A DNA stretch of 64,000 nt from Candidatus Omnitrophota bacterium (GCA_043821445.1 JBDRCT010000010.1:566-64565), one strand, 5' to 3'; counted from the first letter of the stretch, positions 9,096 to 20,773 are shown. Numbers and translations: made by a program. The notes: a model not told the origin generated them from the letters alone.

Positions 9096-10031
9096 ATGAA
9101 AATCGTATTTTTTGGTTCCGACGCGTTCTCCATCAAGTCCCTCGAAGCCTGCCTGCATTCCGGCATGGAACTTGTGCGGATCGTGACTACTCCGGCGAGG
9201 AAAAAAGGACGCGGCCTCAAACTTGAATCCAGCAAGATCTTCGATTATTGTCAGGCCAAGAACCTTCCCGTCATCGAGTATGCCACGCTGCGAGACCCCA
9301 AAGTCGGCCCGGAGCTGCTTACCCTGCGGCCGGATATTTTTGTCGTTGCATCTTACGGGAAACTCATCCCCAACAACCTTCTTGAGATCCCAAAATACCG
9401 TCTCAATGTTCACCCGTCACTGTTGCCGAAATACCGGGGTTCCGCGCCCATTCACTGGCCCATCCTGAACGGGGATACAGAGACCGGTGTGAGCATCATC
9501 GATATTGCCGAAAAAGTCGACGCCGGCGACATTTATTGCCAGGAAAGGATCGCGATCGATCCGCGGACCGACGCCGAGCAGCTGGCCTCCGAATTGGCCC
9601 GTTTTTCCTACGGGATCCTCAAAAAAGTTCTCGCACAAGTCCAAGACGGAAAGCTTCATGGCATTCCGCAAAACGAAGCCGAGTCCACACTTGCGCCCCA
9701 GCTTTCCAAACAGGACGGGGAACTTTCGCTCACAACCATGACGGCCGTAGAAATGGACCGCAAGGTCCGGGGGCTTCAACCCTGGCCGGGTGCCTATTGT
9801 TTCGTAAAAAACGAACGCATTGCCTTGCTCGAGACCGATCTTCCCGCCGTAGCGACCTCAGAAAAACCGGGGACACTTCTTGCCCTCGAAAAAAAAGGCG
9901 GCATCCAGGTCGCAACTCGAGACGGAGTCCTCGAGATCCTCAAAGTCAAACCGGAAGGAAAGAACTCCATGACGGCTGCCGACTTTGTCCGCGGCCGCCG
10001 GCTTCAGGCTAGAGATCTTATCACCGCTTAA
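9096..10031 (+). CDS. fmt: methionyl-tRNA formyltransferase
   Basis: MKIVFFGS..., HPSLLPKYRG, and it follows def as expected. Confidence 0.95.
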   Translation: MKIVFFGSDAFSIKSLEACLHSGMELVRIVTTPARKKGRGLKLESSKIFDYCQAKNLPVIEYATLRDPKVGPELLTLRPDIFVVASYGKLIPNNLLEIPKYRLNVHPSLLPKYRGSAPIHWPILNGDTETGVSIIDIAEKVDAGDIYCQERIAIDPRTDAEQLASELARFSYGILKKVLAQVQDGKLHGIPQNEAESTLAPQLSKQDGELSLTTMTAVEMDRKVRGLQPWPGAYCFVKNERIALLETDLPAVATSEKPGTLLALEKKGGIQVATRDGVLEILKVKPEGKNSMTAADFVRGRRLQARDLITA

Positions 10032-10066
10032 GGACCGCCTTGCCGCGTTCCTTGCAGTAGAATTCC

Positions 10067-10094
10067 TTGACACTCGGCGATGCGCGCCTATAAT
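10067..10094 (+). promoter_or_regulatory. sigma-70-type promoter upstream of gap (TTGACA-N16-TATAAT)
   Basis: There is an exact TTGACA at 10067-10072 and an exact TATAAT at 10089-10094 with a 16 nt spacer, about 75 nt upstream of the gap start codon. Confidence 0.55.
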
Positions 10095-10126
10095 TAGCGC
10101 AAATCTGAAATGTTTTCCCCTCGTAA

Positions 10127-11242
<1,116 letters not shown>

Positions 11243-11269
11243 ACTTCCGGATCTGAAAAGGCCTTACGC

Positions 11270-12532
11270 ATGAAAAAGAAAACCGTTAAAGACATTGATG
11301 TTCGCGGGAAACGCATTCTCATGCGCGTAGATTTCAATGTGCCTATGAAAGACGGCGTGGTACAGGATGATACCCGCATTCGAGCGACCTTGCCCACTAT
11401 CCAATATTTGCTTGATCAAGGCGCCAAAAGCCTGGTGTTGATGTCCCATCTTGGGGATCCCAAAAAGGACATGCAAAAGGCCAAGGAAAAAGCGGAAAAG
11501 GACGGCAACGCTTTTGATGAAAAAAAATACATTGAGGGCAAACATAAGATGGCGCCGGTCGCCGCGCAGCTCGCAAAACTTCTTGGGAAGGAAGTGAAAC
11601 TCGCCCCCGCGTGCATGGGGCCTGAGACCGAAGCCATGGTCAAAGAGATCCCTCAGGGCGGTATCCTGATGCTTGAGAACACCCGTTTTCACAAAGAAGA
11701 GACTTCCAAGGACGCGGCCGATCGAGAAAAGATGGCCAAGGCCCTGGCCCAATATGGTGATATTTTCGTCAATGACGCTTTTGGATCTGCGCATCGCGCT
11801 CACGCGTCGACTGAAACTGTCGCGAAATATTTGCCCGCGGTGGCGGGTTTCTTGATGGAAAAAGAATTGGAATACCTTCAGGATAAGGTCGTCGATCACC
11901 CTGAGCATCCTTTCATTGCCATTATCGGCGGCGCAAAGGTCTCGTCAAAAATCGACGTCCTCAAAAGTTTGATCGATAGGGTCGATCATATCATTATCGG
12001 TGGCGGCATGGCCTACACCTTTCTCACGGCCAAGGGAATCACATGCGGATCCTCGCTCGTGGAACCGGACATGTACGAACTTGCGCGTGAGATCCTTGAG
12101 AAGGCCTACAAGACCCGCAAATACATCTATTTGCCCATCGACCATATTATTACGCAGTCTTTTACCGCGAATGCTCCCAGTAAACACGTGGCACGCAACG
12201 GGATCGATGAGGGCTGGATGGGAATGGACATCGGCCCCATGACGGTGGAAAAATACACCAAGGCCCTCAAGGGCGCTAAGACGGTCTTCTGGAACGGCCC
12301 GCTGGGGGTCTTTGAATTCCCTAATTTTGCGAACGGAACGATCGCGATCGCCAAGGTGTTGGCAGAGCTCCCGGATTGTGTGACGGTGATCGGCGGCGGG
12401 GATTCGGTGTCGGCCGTCAATAAAGCCGGAGTTGCGGGAAAAATGTCCCATATTTCCACGGGCGGTGGCGCGTCGCTTGAGCTCGTGGAGGGCAAGGTGC
12501 TACCTGGTGTGGCCGCGCTTCTCGACAAATAA
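11270..12532 (+). CDS. pgk: phosphoglycerate kinase
   Basis: The RVDFNVP N-terminus is present, the product is 420 aa, and it sits between gap and tpiA. Confidence 0.95.
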   Translation: MKKKTVKDIDVRGKRILMRVDFNVPMKDGVVQDDTRIRATLPTIQYLLDQGAKSLVLMSHLGDPKKDMQKAKEKAEKDGNAFDEKKYIEGKHKMAPVAAQLAKLLGKEVKLAPACMGPETEAMVKEIPQGGILMLENTRFHKEETSKDAADREKMAKALAQYGDIFVNDAFGSAHRAHASTETVAKYLPAVAGFLMEKELEYLQDKVVDHPEHPFIAIIGGAKVSSKIDVLKSLIDRVDHIIIGGGMAYTFLTAKGITCGSSLVEPDMYELAREILEKAYKTRKYIYLPIDHIITQSFTANAPSKHVARNGIDEGWMGMDIGPMTVEKYTKALKGAKTVFWNGPLGVFEFPNFANGTIAIAKVLAELPDCVTVIGGGDSVSAVNKAGVAGKMSHISTGGGASLELVEGKVLPGVAALLDK

Positions 12533-12554
12533 ACCCAAAGAAAGAAAAGACCTT

Positions 12555-13340
12555 ATGAAAAAAAGACCCCTGATCGCCGGAAACTGGAAAATGTACAAGA
12601 CTGCCTCCGAGGCCGTCACGCTCGTTCAAACGCTCAAAGCGGCCGCGCACACGGTCACAAACGTCACCATCGTGATCTGCCCGCCCTTTACGGCCCTCAG
12701 TGAAGTTTCCAAGGTCCTGAATGACACTTTGATCGATCTCGGAGCCCAGAATATGTACTGCGCTCCTGAGGGTGCTTTCACGGGTGAGATTTCGCCCACC
12801 ATGCTCAAAGACTCCGGTTGCCGTTATGTGATCCTCGGACATTCCGAGCGCCGCCAATACTTCAAAGAAGATGATATTCTGATCCATGAAAAAGTGAAGA
12901 CGGCCCTTAAATACAGCATCATTCCCATCGTATGTATCGGCGAAACGCTCGCAGAACGGGATGCGAAGAAGCATTTTGACGTGGTTAAAACCCAATTCGA
13001 CGAATCGATCGGCCGCCTCGAAAAAGAGGATATCGCCAAGGTCGTCATCGCCTACGAGCCGGTCTGGGCCATCGGAACGGGGAAGACCGCAACCCCGGAC
13101 CAGGCCGAGCAGATGCATTCTTATATCCGCCGTCTTCTCAACGAGCGTTACAGTCAAGAGGTCGGCAGTCGCATTTCCATTCTCTACGGGGGGAGCGTCA
13201 AGCCGGACAATACCAAGTCCCTCATGGAAAAACCCAATATTGACGGCGCTCTGGTCGGCGGCGCATCCCTCAAAGCGGAATCGTTTGCCCAGATCATCCA
13301 GGAAGCTCAACAAACTTATGAATCGGGGAACCACTCATGA
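12555..13340 (+). CDS. tpiA: triosephosphate isomerase
   Basis: MKKRPLIAGNWKM, AYEPVWAIGTG. I chose the internal ATG at 12555 over the track start at 12432 because an RBS-like AAGAAAAG lies just upstream. Confidence 0.9.
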   Translation: MKKRPLIAGNWKMYKTASEAVTLVQTLKAAAHTVTNVTIVICPPFTALSEVSKVLNDTLIDLGAQNMYCAPEGAFTGEISPTMLKDSGCRYVILGHSERRQYFKEDDILIHEKVKTALKYSIIPIVCIGETLAERDAKKHFDVVKTQFDESIGRLEKEDIAKVVIAYEPVWAIGTGKTATPDQAEQMHSYIRRLLNERYSQEVGSRISILYGGSVKPDNTKSLMEKPNIDGALVGGASLKAESFAQIIQEAQQTYESGNHS

Positions 13341-13813
13341 ACATTCTCGTTGTTTGCCTCCATGTTATTGTTTGTCTTGTTCTGATCGTCGTTATTTTGC
13401 TCCAGGCCGGAAGGGGGCAGGGCCTTACGGGCGCCAGTTTCGGCGGCAACGTCCAGTCTCTTTTGGGGACTAAAGCGTCGTCGTTCCTTACCAAGGCGAC
13501 AAGCGTCTGTGCGATCTTGTTCCTTTTCACTTGTATCGGTTTGAACGTCCTCGAGGTTCAAAAAAGCCGGTCGCTTTTCAAATCCCCTAAATCCCAAGCG
13601 CCGCTTGACATCGAGCAGATCAAAAAAACACTTGAGAAAATGAAGCAGGCAGAAAAAACAGGGGCGGCCGCGGCGACCCAAGCCGCCGCTACGACCGGGG
13701 CGACCGACGTCGAAAAAGCTACCGAGACCGCGAAAGCCGACACTGCGAAACTCGCGGAAGCTTCTACAACGGAAGCCGCTGCCACCGCGACGGAAACGGC
13801 TAAGAAACCATAG
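13337..13813 (+). CDS. secG: preprotein translocase subunit SecG with an extended Ala/Thr/Glu-rich C-terminal tail
   Basis: The N-terminus has the SecG signature LLQ.GRG.GL...FGG. Its ATGA start overlaps the tpiA stop. Confidence 0.85.
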   Translation: MNILVVCLHVIVCLVLIVVILLQAGRGQGLTGASFGGNVQSLLGTKASSFLTKATSVCAILFLFTCIGLNVLEVQKSRSLFKSPKSQAPLDIEQIKKTLEKMKQAEKTGAAAATQAAATTGATDVEKATETAKADTAKLAEASTTEAAATATETAKKP

Positions 13814-13848
13814 CCGGACTTCCGGTTCTTCCGCCCCATGCGGACCTT

Positions 13849-15912
13849 ATGAAAGTCTCCGAGCCGAAACTTGGGGAATTGCGCTACATCAAGGGAGTCG
13901 GTCCCAAGCGTGCGCTCCTATTCCAAAAAATAGGCATCCGGTCGGTCCGTGACCTTCTTTATCTTTTCCCGCGCCGCTATGAAGACCGTTCGCATTTTGC
14001 TTCTCTGAACCACTTGCCTCTCAATGAGCCGATCACGTGCCGCGGCGAGGTCATGGATGTGAAATTCAAACCCATCCGGGGCATGCCGCTCGTCGAAATT
14101 TTGATCGGTGATGATTCGGGGACCCTACGCGCGGTCTGGTTCAATCAGCCTTACTTGAAAAGACTTTTTCTTTGCGGGCAGCAGGTCATCCTGTACGGCA
14201 GGGTCGAGTTTTACCAAAAACATCTCCAGATGTCGGCCCCGGAATTCGAGATCGTGGAAAGTCCGGAGGCCGAATCCATCCATACCGGACGCATCACACC
14301 GATCTACCCGCTGACCGAAGGACTTTTTCAGCGATCCCTCCGCACGACCTTGAGGGAGGCCGTCGAACATCATCTGGACGGCACTGTCACAGACGCTTTG
14401 CCACCCGAACTAAGAGCTGAAATGGATCTTATGACGCTCGACCGTGCCCTCCGTGAAATGCATCTTCCGAGCTCTTTCGAGGAACTCGAGCGAGCGCGGC
14501 GGCGCATCGTCTTCGATGAATTTTTTTCTTTTGAGCTCCAGATCTTTCTGAAAGTCAAAGCAATCCGGACACAGTATCAGGCCCCCGCATTCAATATAAG
14601 TCCGGAACTGACGCTTGAGTTCAAGCGTTCATTGCCTTTTGAGCTCACAAGAAGCCAGGAGAAAGCGATCCTGGATCTCGTGAAGGATCTGGGACAAACG
14701 GTCCCGATGAACCGTCTTTTGCAAGGGGACGTGGGATCCGGCAAAACGGTGGTCGCCGCGTTCGCATTTCTTGCGGCGCATCGATCGGGGTTTCAATCCG
14801 CTTTTCTCATTCCGACCGAAATTCTTGCGGAGCAACATTACCGGACCCTCATGAGATTTTTGGAACCCGTTGGGATCCGTCCCGAGCTTCTGACCAAAAG
14901 CACAGAAACGGACAGGCGCGCGCGACTTATTGCGGAGCTCAAAGCCGGGAAGGTCCCTGTCGTGGTCGGCACGCACGCACTTTTGCAAGAGGACGTTCAA
15001 TTTAAGGAACTAGGACTCCTCGTGGTCGATGAGCAGCACAAGTTCGGGGTCCATCAGCGCAATCAGCTTTTACAGAAGACGCCGCGGCCGCATCAGCTTG
15101 TCATGACCGCAACGCCGATCCCGCGAACCCTGGCTCTTACCGTTTATGCGGATCTGGATATTTCCGTTATGAAAGAACTGCCCAAAGGCCGTCAACCGAT
15201 CAAGACTTACTGGATCACACGTAAAAAACAGCCCGATGTCTTCGACCATATGGCCCTGCGGATCCAAAAGGGGGAGCAGGCCTACATCGTGTTCCCGCTG
15301 ATCGAAGAAACTGAGAAAAAGGACCTCTTGGCTGCGAAAAAAGAGTTTGAACGCCTCCGGAAAACCGTATTCAAAAAATTCCGGATGGGACTGGTCCACG
15401 GCAAATTGGAGCGCTCGGAGCGGGAAGCGATCATGCGCGCCTTTTCCCGAAATGAGATCGATATCCTCGTTGCGACTTCGGTGATCGAGGTGGGGATGGA
15501 CCAGCCGAACGCCACCATGATGATCATTGAGAATGCCGAACGGTTCGGGCTTGCGCAACTCCACCAATTGCGCGGACGCATCGGCCGCGGCAAACTCGGA
15601 TCCGATTGCTTTCTTTTTGGCGAGCCCTCAACCGACGAGGGAAAAATGCGCCTGAGACTTCTCACCAAACTAAACGACGGGTTCCTTATCGCCGACGAAG
15701 ATCTTAAGCTTCGCGGGCAGGGGGACCTTTGGGGGACCCGGCAATCAGGCGAACCGTTCTTTCGCGTCGCACATCCGGTCACGGACGAGGCCATCCTGCT
15801 TCGGGCAAGACAGGAGGCTCAAAAATGGGTCAGCGGCATTCCCGGAAGCCTCTCTCAAAAAATTCCCGCATGGATCCAAAAATATCTCGAACAAATGCCT
15901 AAAACCGATTAG
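13849..15912 (+). CDS. recG: ATP-dependent DNA helicase RecG
   Basis: DVGSGKT, TATPIPRTL, QLHQLRGRIGRG. Confidence 0.95.
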   Translation: MKVSEPKLGELRYIKGVGPKRALLFQKIGIRSVRDLLYLFPRRYEDRSHFASLNHLPLNEPITCRGEVMDVKFKPIRGMPLVEILIGDDSGTLRAVWFNQPYLKRLFLCGQQVILYGRVEFYQKHLQMSAPEFEIVESPEAESIHTGRITPIYPLTEGLFQRSLRTTLREAVEHHLDGTVTDALPPELRAEMDLMTLDRALREMHLPSSFEELERARRRIVFDEFFSFELQIFLKVKAIRTQYQAPAFNISPELTLEFKRSLPFELTRSQEKAILDLVKDLGQTVPMNRLLQGDVGSGKTVVAAFAFLAAHRSGFQSAFLIPTEILAEQHYRTLMRFLEPVGIRPELLTKSTETDRRARLIAELKAGKVPVVVGTHALLQEDVQFKELGLLVVDEQHKFGVHQRNQLLQKTPRPHQLVMTATPIPRTLALTVYADLDISVMKELPKGRQPIKTYWITRKKQPDVFDHMALRIQKGEQAYIVFPLIEETEKKDLLAAKKEFERLRKTVFKKFRMGLVHGKLERSEREAIMRAFSRNEIDILVATSVIEVGMDQPNATMMIIENAERFGLAQLHQLRGRIGRGKLGSDCFLFGEPSTDEGKMRLRLLTKLNDGFLIADEDLKLRGQGDLWGTRQSGEPFFRVAHPVTDEAILLRARQEAQKWVSGIPGSLSQKIPAWIQKYLEQMPKTD

Positions 15913-15923
15913 ACTACAGATCC

Positions 15924-16523
15924 ATGCGCATCATCAGCGGTAAATTTAAGTCCCGGAAGATCGATTTCCCCAAGAATAGACTGACCCGTCCCATGACAGA
16001 CAGGACCAAAGAGACCCTTTTTAATATCGTGGGTTCGTTCGTCTTCGGGAAACACGTTCTGGACCTCTATGCCGGATCGGGAAGTCTTGGCTTGGAATCC
16101 TTGAGCCGGGGTGCGATCAGCGCGACCTTCGTCGACCAGGCGCCATGGGCGCAGAAAGTGATCGAGAAGAACCTGGCAAGTCTCGGGATAAGCGATCAGG
16201 GCACGGTCCTCACGCGGGACATACTCTCGGCCGTCAAAAAACTCGAGAAATCCGGGCAGGGATTTTCGCTGATCTTTGTAGACCCGCCCTTTATGAAAGG
16301 CCGGGTCAAAAAGACATTGATGAGGCTGGACGCGTCTGATATAGTCCTGCCTTTCGCGCAAGTGGTGGTGGGGCATATGTGGCGGGAAGAACTGCCGAAT
16401 GCCGAGCTTAAAAACCTTAAATGGGTCCGCACAAAACGGATCGGGCAAGCCTGCCTGTCCTTTTATTTCCGATTGGAATCAAAAAATGAAAAAACGAAAA
16501 GCTATATATACGGGGAGCTTTGA
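15924..16523 (+). CDS. rsmD: 16S rRNA (guanine966-N2)-methyltransferase
   Basis: MRIISGKFKSRKI, LDLYAGSGSLGLESLSRGA, FVDPPF. Confidence 0.9.
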   Translation: MRIISGKFKSRKIDFPKNRLTRPMTDRTKETLFNIVGSFVFGKHVLDLYAGSGSLGLESLSRGAISATFVDQAPWAQKVIEKNLASLGISDQGTVLTRDILSAVKKLEKSGQGFSLIFVDPPFMKGRVKKTLMRLDASDIVLPFAQVVVGHMWREELPNAELKNLKWVRTKRIGQACLSFYFRLESKNEKTKSYIYGEL

Positions 16524-16983
16524 TCCCGTCACGTTCGGCCATCTGGATCTGATCGAGCGGGCGCTCAGCCTCTTTGATGAACTGATCGTGGTCGTAGCCT
16601 CGAATCCTTCGAAGAAGACTCTTTTTACGGCGGAGGAGCGGGTCGGTTTCTTGAAAGCGGCGCTCAAACACCGTCCCCAGGTCAAGGTGAAGCACTGGGA
16701 AGGTCTGACGGTCCATTTCGCAGAAAAAGAAAAAGCATTCACGCTCATCCGGGGGATTCGAGCGACCTCGGATTTCGATTATGAGTTTCAAATGGCTCTT
16801 ACGAACCGCAAGCTTGCTCCCATGATCGATACGGTGTTCTTGATGCCGTCCGAATCGCATTTTTATCTTTCCTCACGCCTCATCAAAGAGATCGCTCAGC
16901 TGGGCGGAGATGTGACGCGTTATGTCCCGCCGCTGGTCGCTATTCGGATCCAAAAAAAATTTCCAGACCGCAATGCCCGTTAA
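16486..16983 (+). CDS. coaD: phosphopantetheine adenylyltransferase
   Basis: KAIYTGSFDPVTFGHLDLIERA. The ATG at 16486 is used, which overlaps the rsmD 3' end by 38 nt. Confidence 0.9.
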   Translation: MKKRKAIYTGSFDPVTFGHLDLIERALSLFDELIVVVASNPSKKTLFTAEERVGFLKAALKHRPQVKVKHWEGLTVHFAEKEKAFTLIRGIRATSDFDYEFQMALTNRKLAPMIDTVFLMPSESHFYLSSRLIKEIAQLGGDVTRYVPPLVAIRIQKKFPDRNAR

Positions 16984-17467
16984 TATGAAATTCATCCTTT
17001 CAGAGTTTCAAGAGGGCGTCCCGGTCCATGTCGAGGGATCGTATGACGCGAAAGCGATCGAGGTCGAGTTCCCGGACATGCTTTATACGGGGCCCGTACT
17101 TCTCGTGGGCGAAGCAGAGAAAAGCGGCGGCATGCTCCGGTTGCAAGGCACTCTGACGACGACGGTCAAGCGGATCTGCGGAAAATGCCTGAAGGAAAAG
17201 AACGAGACGTTATCCTTCGATATGGACTGGATCTTTGACCTCTCAGGAAAGGATACGATCGATCCCCTTGAGAATGTTCGTGAACTCCTGATCGTCGAAC
17301 ACCCCATAGTGCATCTGTGCAAAGCAAGCTGCCGGGGACTTTGCCCCCAGTGCGGCATCGATCTCAATGAAGGCGCTTGCAATTGCAAGAAAATTGGCTA
17401 TCATGCTTCCCCAGTCATCATAAAAAAAGAGAAATCCAAGAAGGAGCGACATCATGGCTCATCCTAA
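16973..17467 (+). CDS. yceD: YceD/DUF177 family protein (large-ribosomal-subunit-associated, upstream of rpmF)
   Basis: It lies immediately before rpmF-plsX and its C-terminus carries the YceD Cys cluster (CKASCRGLCPQCG..NEGACNC). The start is taken at ATG 16973 or 16985. Confidence 0.8.
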   Translation: MPVNMKFILSEFQEGVPVHVEGSYDAKAIEVEFPDMLYTGPVLLVGEAEKSGGMLRLQGTLTTTVKRICGKCLKEKNETLSFDMDWIFDLSGKDTIDPLENVRELLIVEHPIVHLCKASCRGLCPQCGIDLNEGACNCKKIGYHASPVIIKKEKSKKERHHGSS

Positions 17468-17651
17468 GAGAAAACATTCGAATACGCGCTCACGCTTGCG
17501 CCGAGCCAACGACCATCTGGTCCTGAAGTCCCGCTCGCAGTGCACGCAATGCGGCGCGTTCGTCCTGCCCCATCGCGTCTGTACTTCCTGTGGCTTTTAC
17601 AAAGGAAAGCTGGTGAAATCGATCAAAGTCAAGACCCAGGAGAAGGAATAG
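17454..17651 (+). CDS. rpmF: 50S ribosomal protein L32
   Basis: MAHPKRKHSNTRSRLRRA with a CxxC...CxxC zinc ribbon. Confidence 0.95.
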   Translation: MAHPKRKHSNTRSRLRRANDHLVLKSRSQCTQCGAFVLPHRVCTSCGFYKGKLVKSIKVKTQEKE

Positions 17652-17656
17652 CCTTT

Positions 17657-18706
17657 ATGATCCGGATTGCCCTGGACGGAATGGGGGGCGATTACGCCCC
17701 GCAGGTCGTGGTCGAAGGCGCCGTCATGGCGGCCAACGACTTCGAGCATCTCGAGATCGTTCTTGTCGGTCAGACCGCTCCCTTGAAACAGGAACTGAAT
17801 AAGTATAAGGTCCTGGGTGGCAAGATCATCATCCTTGAAGCGAGTGAGGTCATCGGCATGGGGGAATCGCCGGTCGCCGCGCTCCGCAAGAAAAAAGATT
17901 CCTCGATCGGCGTTTGTGTCGACCTTTTGAAGAAAAAAGATTGTGACGCGGCCGTTTCCGCGGGAAACACGGGGGCCATGGTCGCCGCCGCTACGCTCCA
18001 TCTCGGCATGTTGCCCGGGATTAAGCGTCCCGGCATCGCCATTGCAACGCCAACACTCCACGGCATGTCCGTGACCACGGATGTGGGGGCAAATTTAAAC
18101 CCTTCCGCTTATGAACTTTTCCAATACGCGATTATGGCGGACGTGTTCGCCAAAAGCATTCTCAAGAAAAAACGTCCTGCGATCGGGCTTCTTAACATCG
18201 GAGAGGAAGAGTCCAAGGGGACCGAGGTCCTCAAGGAGACTTATAAGCTTTTGCGCGAATCATCGCTTAACTTTATCGGAAATATCGAAGGGCGTGATTT
18301 TTTTACCGGGAAGGCCGATTGTATTATTTGTGATGGTTTTGTCGGCAATGTGGTGCTCAAGATGATCGAAAGTATTCTCGAGACTTCTGTCGCGCTCATT
18401 GGCCGCGAACTCCGCAAGAACCTTTTCACATCTCTTGCCGCATGGCTCTTGAAACCGGCTCTTTCTTCCATCCGCAAAGCGACCGACTATGAAAAAGCGG
18501 GCGGGGCCCCGCTCCTCGGTGTGGACGGAAATATCATCATCAGTCACGGTATCTCCTCCGCCCTCGCCATTCGGAATGCGATCCGTGTCGCGGGCGAGCT
18601 TGTCACCACGCGTGTCAATGCGCAGATCGTGGAAGCCATCACTCCGTACCTGAACCATGCCGTCCCGTCCGTTTCTCCGGCGGAACGCAAATCCACCAAT
18701 GCATAA
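17657..18706 (+). CDS. plsX: phosphate acyltransferase PlsX
   Basis: MIRIALDGMGGDYAP. The internal ATG at 17657 is used. Confidence 0.95.
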   Translation: MIRIALDGMGGDYAPQVVVEGAVMAANDFEHLEIVLVGQTAPLKQELNKYKVLGGKIIILEASEVIGMGESPVAALRKKKDSSIGVCVDLLKKKDCDAAVSAGNTGAMVAAATLHLGMLPGIKRPGIAIATPTLHGMSVTTDVGANLNPSAYELFQYAIMADVFAKSILKKKRPAIGLLNIGEEESKGTEVLKETYKLLRESSLNFIGNIEGRDFFTGKADCIICDGFVGNVVLKMIESILETSVALIGRELRKNLFTSLAAWLLKPALSSIRKATDYEKAGGAPLLGVDGNIIISHGISSALAIRNAIRVAGELVTTRVNAQIVEAITPYLNHAVPSVSPAERKSTNA

Positions 18707-18747
18707 CTATCCTGACTTTTATTTTCTTTTTAATGGTAGTCAGGATT

Positions 18748-18798
18748 GCCCCAATTTCAGATTCTCTGAAATTGATCGGGATTGGGACTAATCCCGCG
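18748..18798. repeat. intergenic palindromic repeat element, same family (copy A, plsX-fabH spacer)
   Basis: The hairpin is ccccaatttcaga-ttc-tctgaaattg, followed by gggattgggactaatccc. Confidence 0.5.
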
Positions 18799-18815
18799 AA
18801 GAAAATAAAGGAATC

Positions 18816-19802
18816 ATGACTGCACCTTATCGTGCTGCCATTACGGGGCTCGGGGCTTATTTGCCCGAAAAAATTTTAACGAACGCGGACATTGAAAAGA
18901 TCGTCGATACCACCGACGAGTGGATCCGCACGCGCACCGGCATCCATGAGCGCCGGATCGCTGCAGAAGACCAAGCCACGAGCGATCTCGCTCTCCCGGC
19001 CGCTCAAGAAGCCCTTAAGAATGCCGGACTTACCCCGCAAGATCTCGATCTTATCATCGTCGCAACCTGCTCTCCGGATATGATATTTCCCTCGGCTTCC
19101 TGCTATCTCCAGGCAAAACTGGGCGCTTCCTGCGGGGCTTTTGATCTCGGGGCCGCCTGTTCCGGCTTTGCCTACGCCCTTTCCGCCGCTGAAGGATTTG
19201 TAAAATCCGGCATTCATAAGAATGTGCTGGTCGTCGGGGCCGAAACGATCACAAGATTTATCGACTGGAAAGACCGCAGCACATGCGTTCTCTTTGGAGA
19301 CGGCGCCGGCGCGGCCGTTGTTTCCAGGTCCAGGGACGGTCATGGCATTCTCGCCTCGCATCTTGGAGCCGATGGCACCCAAAGTGAGATCCTCCAGATC
19401 CCGGCGGGCGGCTCCAGGATCCCTCCGAGTGCTGAAAGCGTTGCGAAGGGGCTTCATTACATTCGCATGGACGGCCAAGCACTTTTCAAGATCGCGGTCA
19501 AGACCATGGAACAGGCCGTCCTCAAGGTTCTCGAGCATGAAAAGCTTCAAGTGCATGACATCAACTGCCTCATCCCGCATCAGGCAAACAATCGCATACT
19601 GCAAGCCGTGGCGGAACGTCTTAACATCCCATCCGAAAAGGTCTTTATCAACGTGGACCGCTACGGCAATATGTCGAGTGCTTCCACGGTGATCGCTCTT
19701 TATGAAGCCGTAAAGTGCGGGGCGGTCAAGAAAGGGGACTATGTGGTCCTCGTTGCGTTCGGCGGCGGTCTCACCTGGGGCGCGAGTCTTATCAAGTGGT
19801 GA
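18816..19802 (+). CDS. fabH: 3-oxoacyl-ACP synthase III
   Basis: The region around the active-site Cys (GAACSGF) and the C-terminus GGGLTWGA are present. Confidence 0.95.
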   Translation: MTAPYRAAITGLGAYLPEKILTNADIEKIVDTTDEWIRTRTGIHERRIAAEDQATSDLALPAAQEALKNAGLTPQDLDLIIVATCSPDMIFPSASCYLQAKLGASCGAFDLGAACSGFAYALSAAEGFVKSGIHKNVLVVGAETITRFIDWKDRSTCVLFGDGAGAAVVSRSRDGHGILASHLGADGTQSEILQIPAGGSRIPPSAESVAKGLHYIRMDGQALFKIAVKTMEQAVLKVLEHEKLQVHDINCLIPHQANNRILQAVAERLNIPSEKVFINVDRYGNMSSASTVIALYEAVKCGAVKKGDYVVLVAFGGGLTWGASLIKW

Positions 19803-19807
19803 TCCCT

Positions 19808-20773
19808 ATGAACAAGCCCATAGGTTTCTTATTTCCGGGGCAAGGCGCTCAATTCGTGGGCATGGGCAAAGATCTTTATGCCACGAGCCCGGCCGCTTGC
19901 GCACTTTATAAAAAAGCCGAGGGGATCCTGGGCTACTCCATCAGCCAAATTTGCTTTGCCGGACCCGAAAAAGAATTGACGCGCACCCTTTATGCTCAAA
20001 CCGGTATCCTGGTCACAAGCCTTGCCGCCCTCGCGGCGCTTCGTGAAAAATACCCGGATCTTACGCCCTCGATCGTCGCGGGTTTAAGCTTGGGTGAGTT
20101 CACGGCATTAGCCGCCGCGGGAGCGATCTCCTTTGAAGATGCGTTGAAACTTGTGCAAGTCCGCGCCGAAGCGATGGAAGACGCGGCCAAGAACAACCCG
20201 GGAACCATGGCCTTCATTATGGGACTTACAGTTGAACAATGCCTGGGGGTGGCCAAGGAGGCAGGTTGTGAGATCGCAAATCTCAATGCGCCGGACCAAA
20301 CAGTGCTTTCCGGAACTCTTCTGACCATAGAACTAGCCTGCAAGATCGCCGAAGCCAAGGGCGCCAAGCGTGCAATGCCGCTTAAAGTCGGTGGCGCTTT
20401 TCATTCCTCCCTCATGGCTGAGGCGAAAGCGCGACTTGAAGCCGCGCTTGTCAGTGCTCCGATCCATGAACCCAAATGCGCTTTTATTCCCAATGTTACG
20501 GCTCAAAAAGTCTCAAATCCCAAAGAGATCCGGACTCTTCTTGCAAAACAACTCACGAGTCCGGTCCAGTGGGTCCAGACCATGGCGACCGCCAAAGAAT
20601 CCGGGACCACCCTTTATCTGGAGATCGGTCCCGGAAAGATCCTCAAAGGACTGGCGCGCAAGTGCCAGCCGGAATTTGAAGTTTTTTCGTTTGGTTCCGC
20701 GACCGATTTCAAAAGTCTTGAATCGCCTGGGTTATTGGAAAAATCATCACGCATAGAGGACCTGCCCCGTTAG
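19808..20773 (+). CDS. fabD: malonyl CoA-ACP transacylase
   Basis: FLFPGQGAQ, GLSLGEF. The last codons LPR-stop fall inside the repeat arm CCCCGTTAGAG. Confidence 0.9.
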   Translation: MNKPIGFLFPGQGAQFVGMGKDLYATSPAACALYKKAEGILGYSISQICFAGPEKELTRTLYAQTGILVTSLAALAALREKYPDLTPSIVAGLSLGEFTALAAAGAISFEDALKLVQVRAEAMEDAAKNNPGTMAFIMGLTVEQCLGVAKEAGCEIANLNAPDQTVLSGTLLTIELACKIAEAKGAKRAMPLKVGGAFHSSLMAEAKARLEAALVSAPIHEPKCAFIPNVTAQKVSNPKEIRTLLAKQLTSPVQWVQTMATAKESGTTLYLEIGPGKILKGLARKCQPEFEVFSFGSATDFKSLESPGLLEKSSRIEDLPR

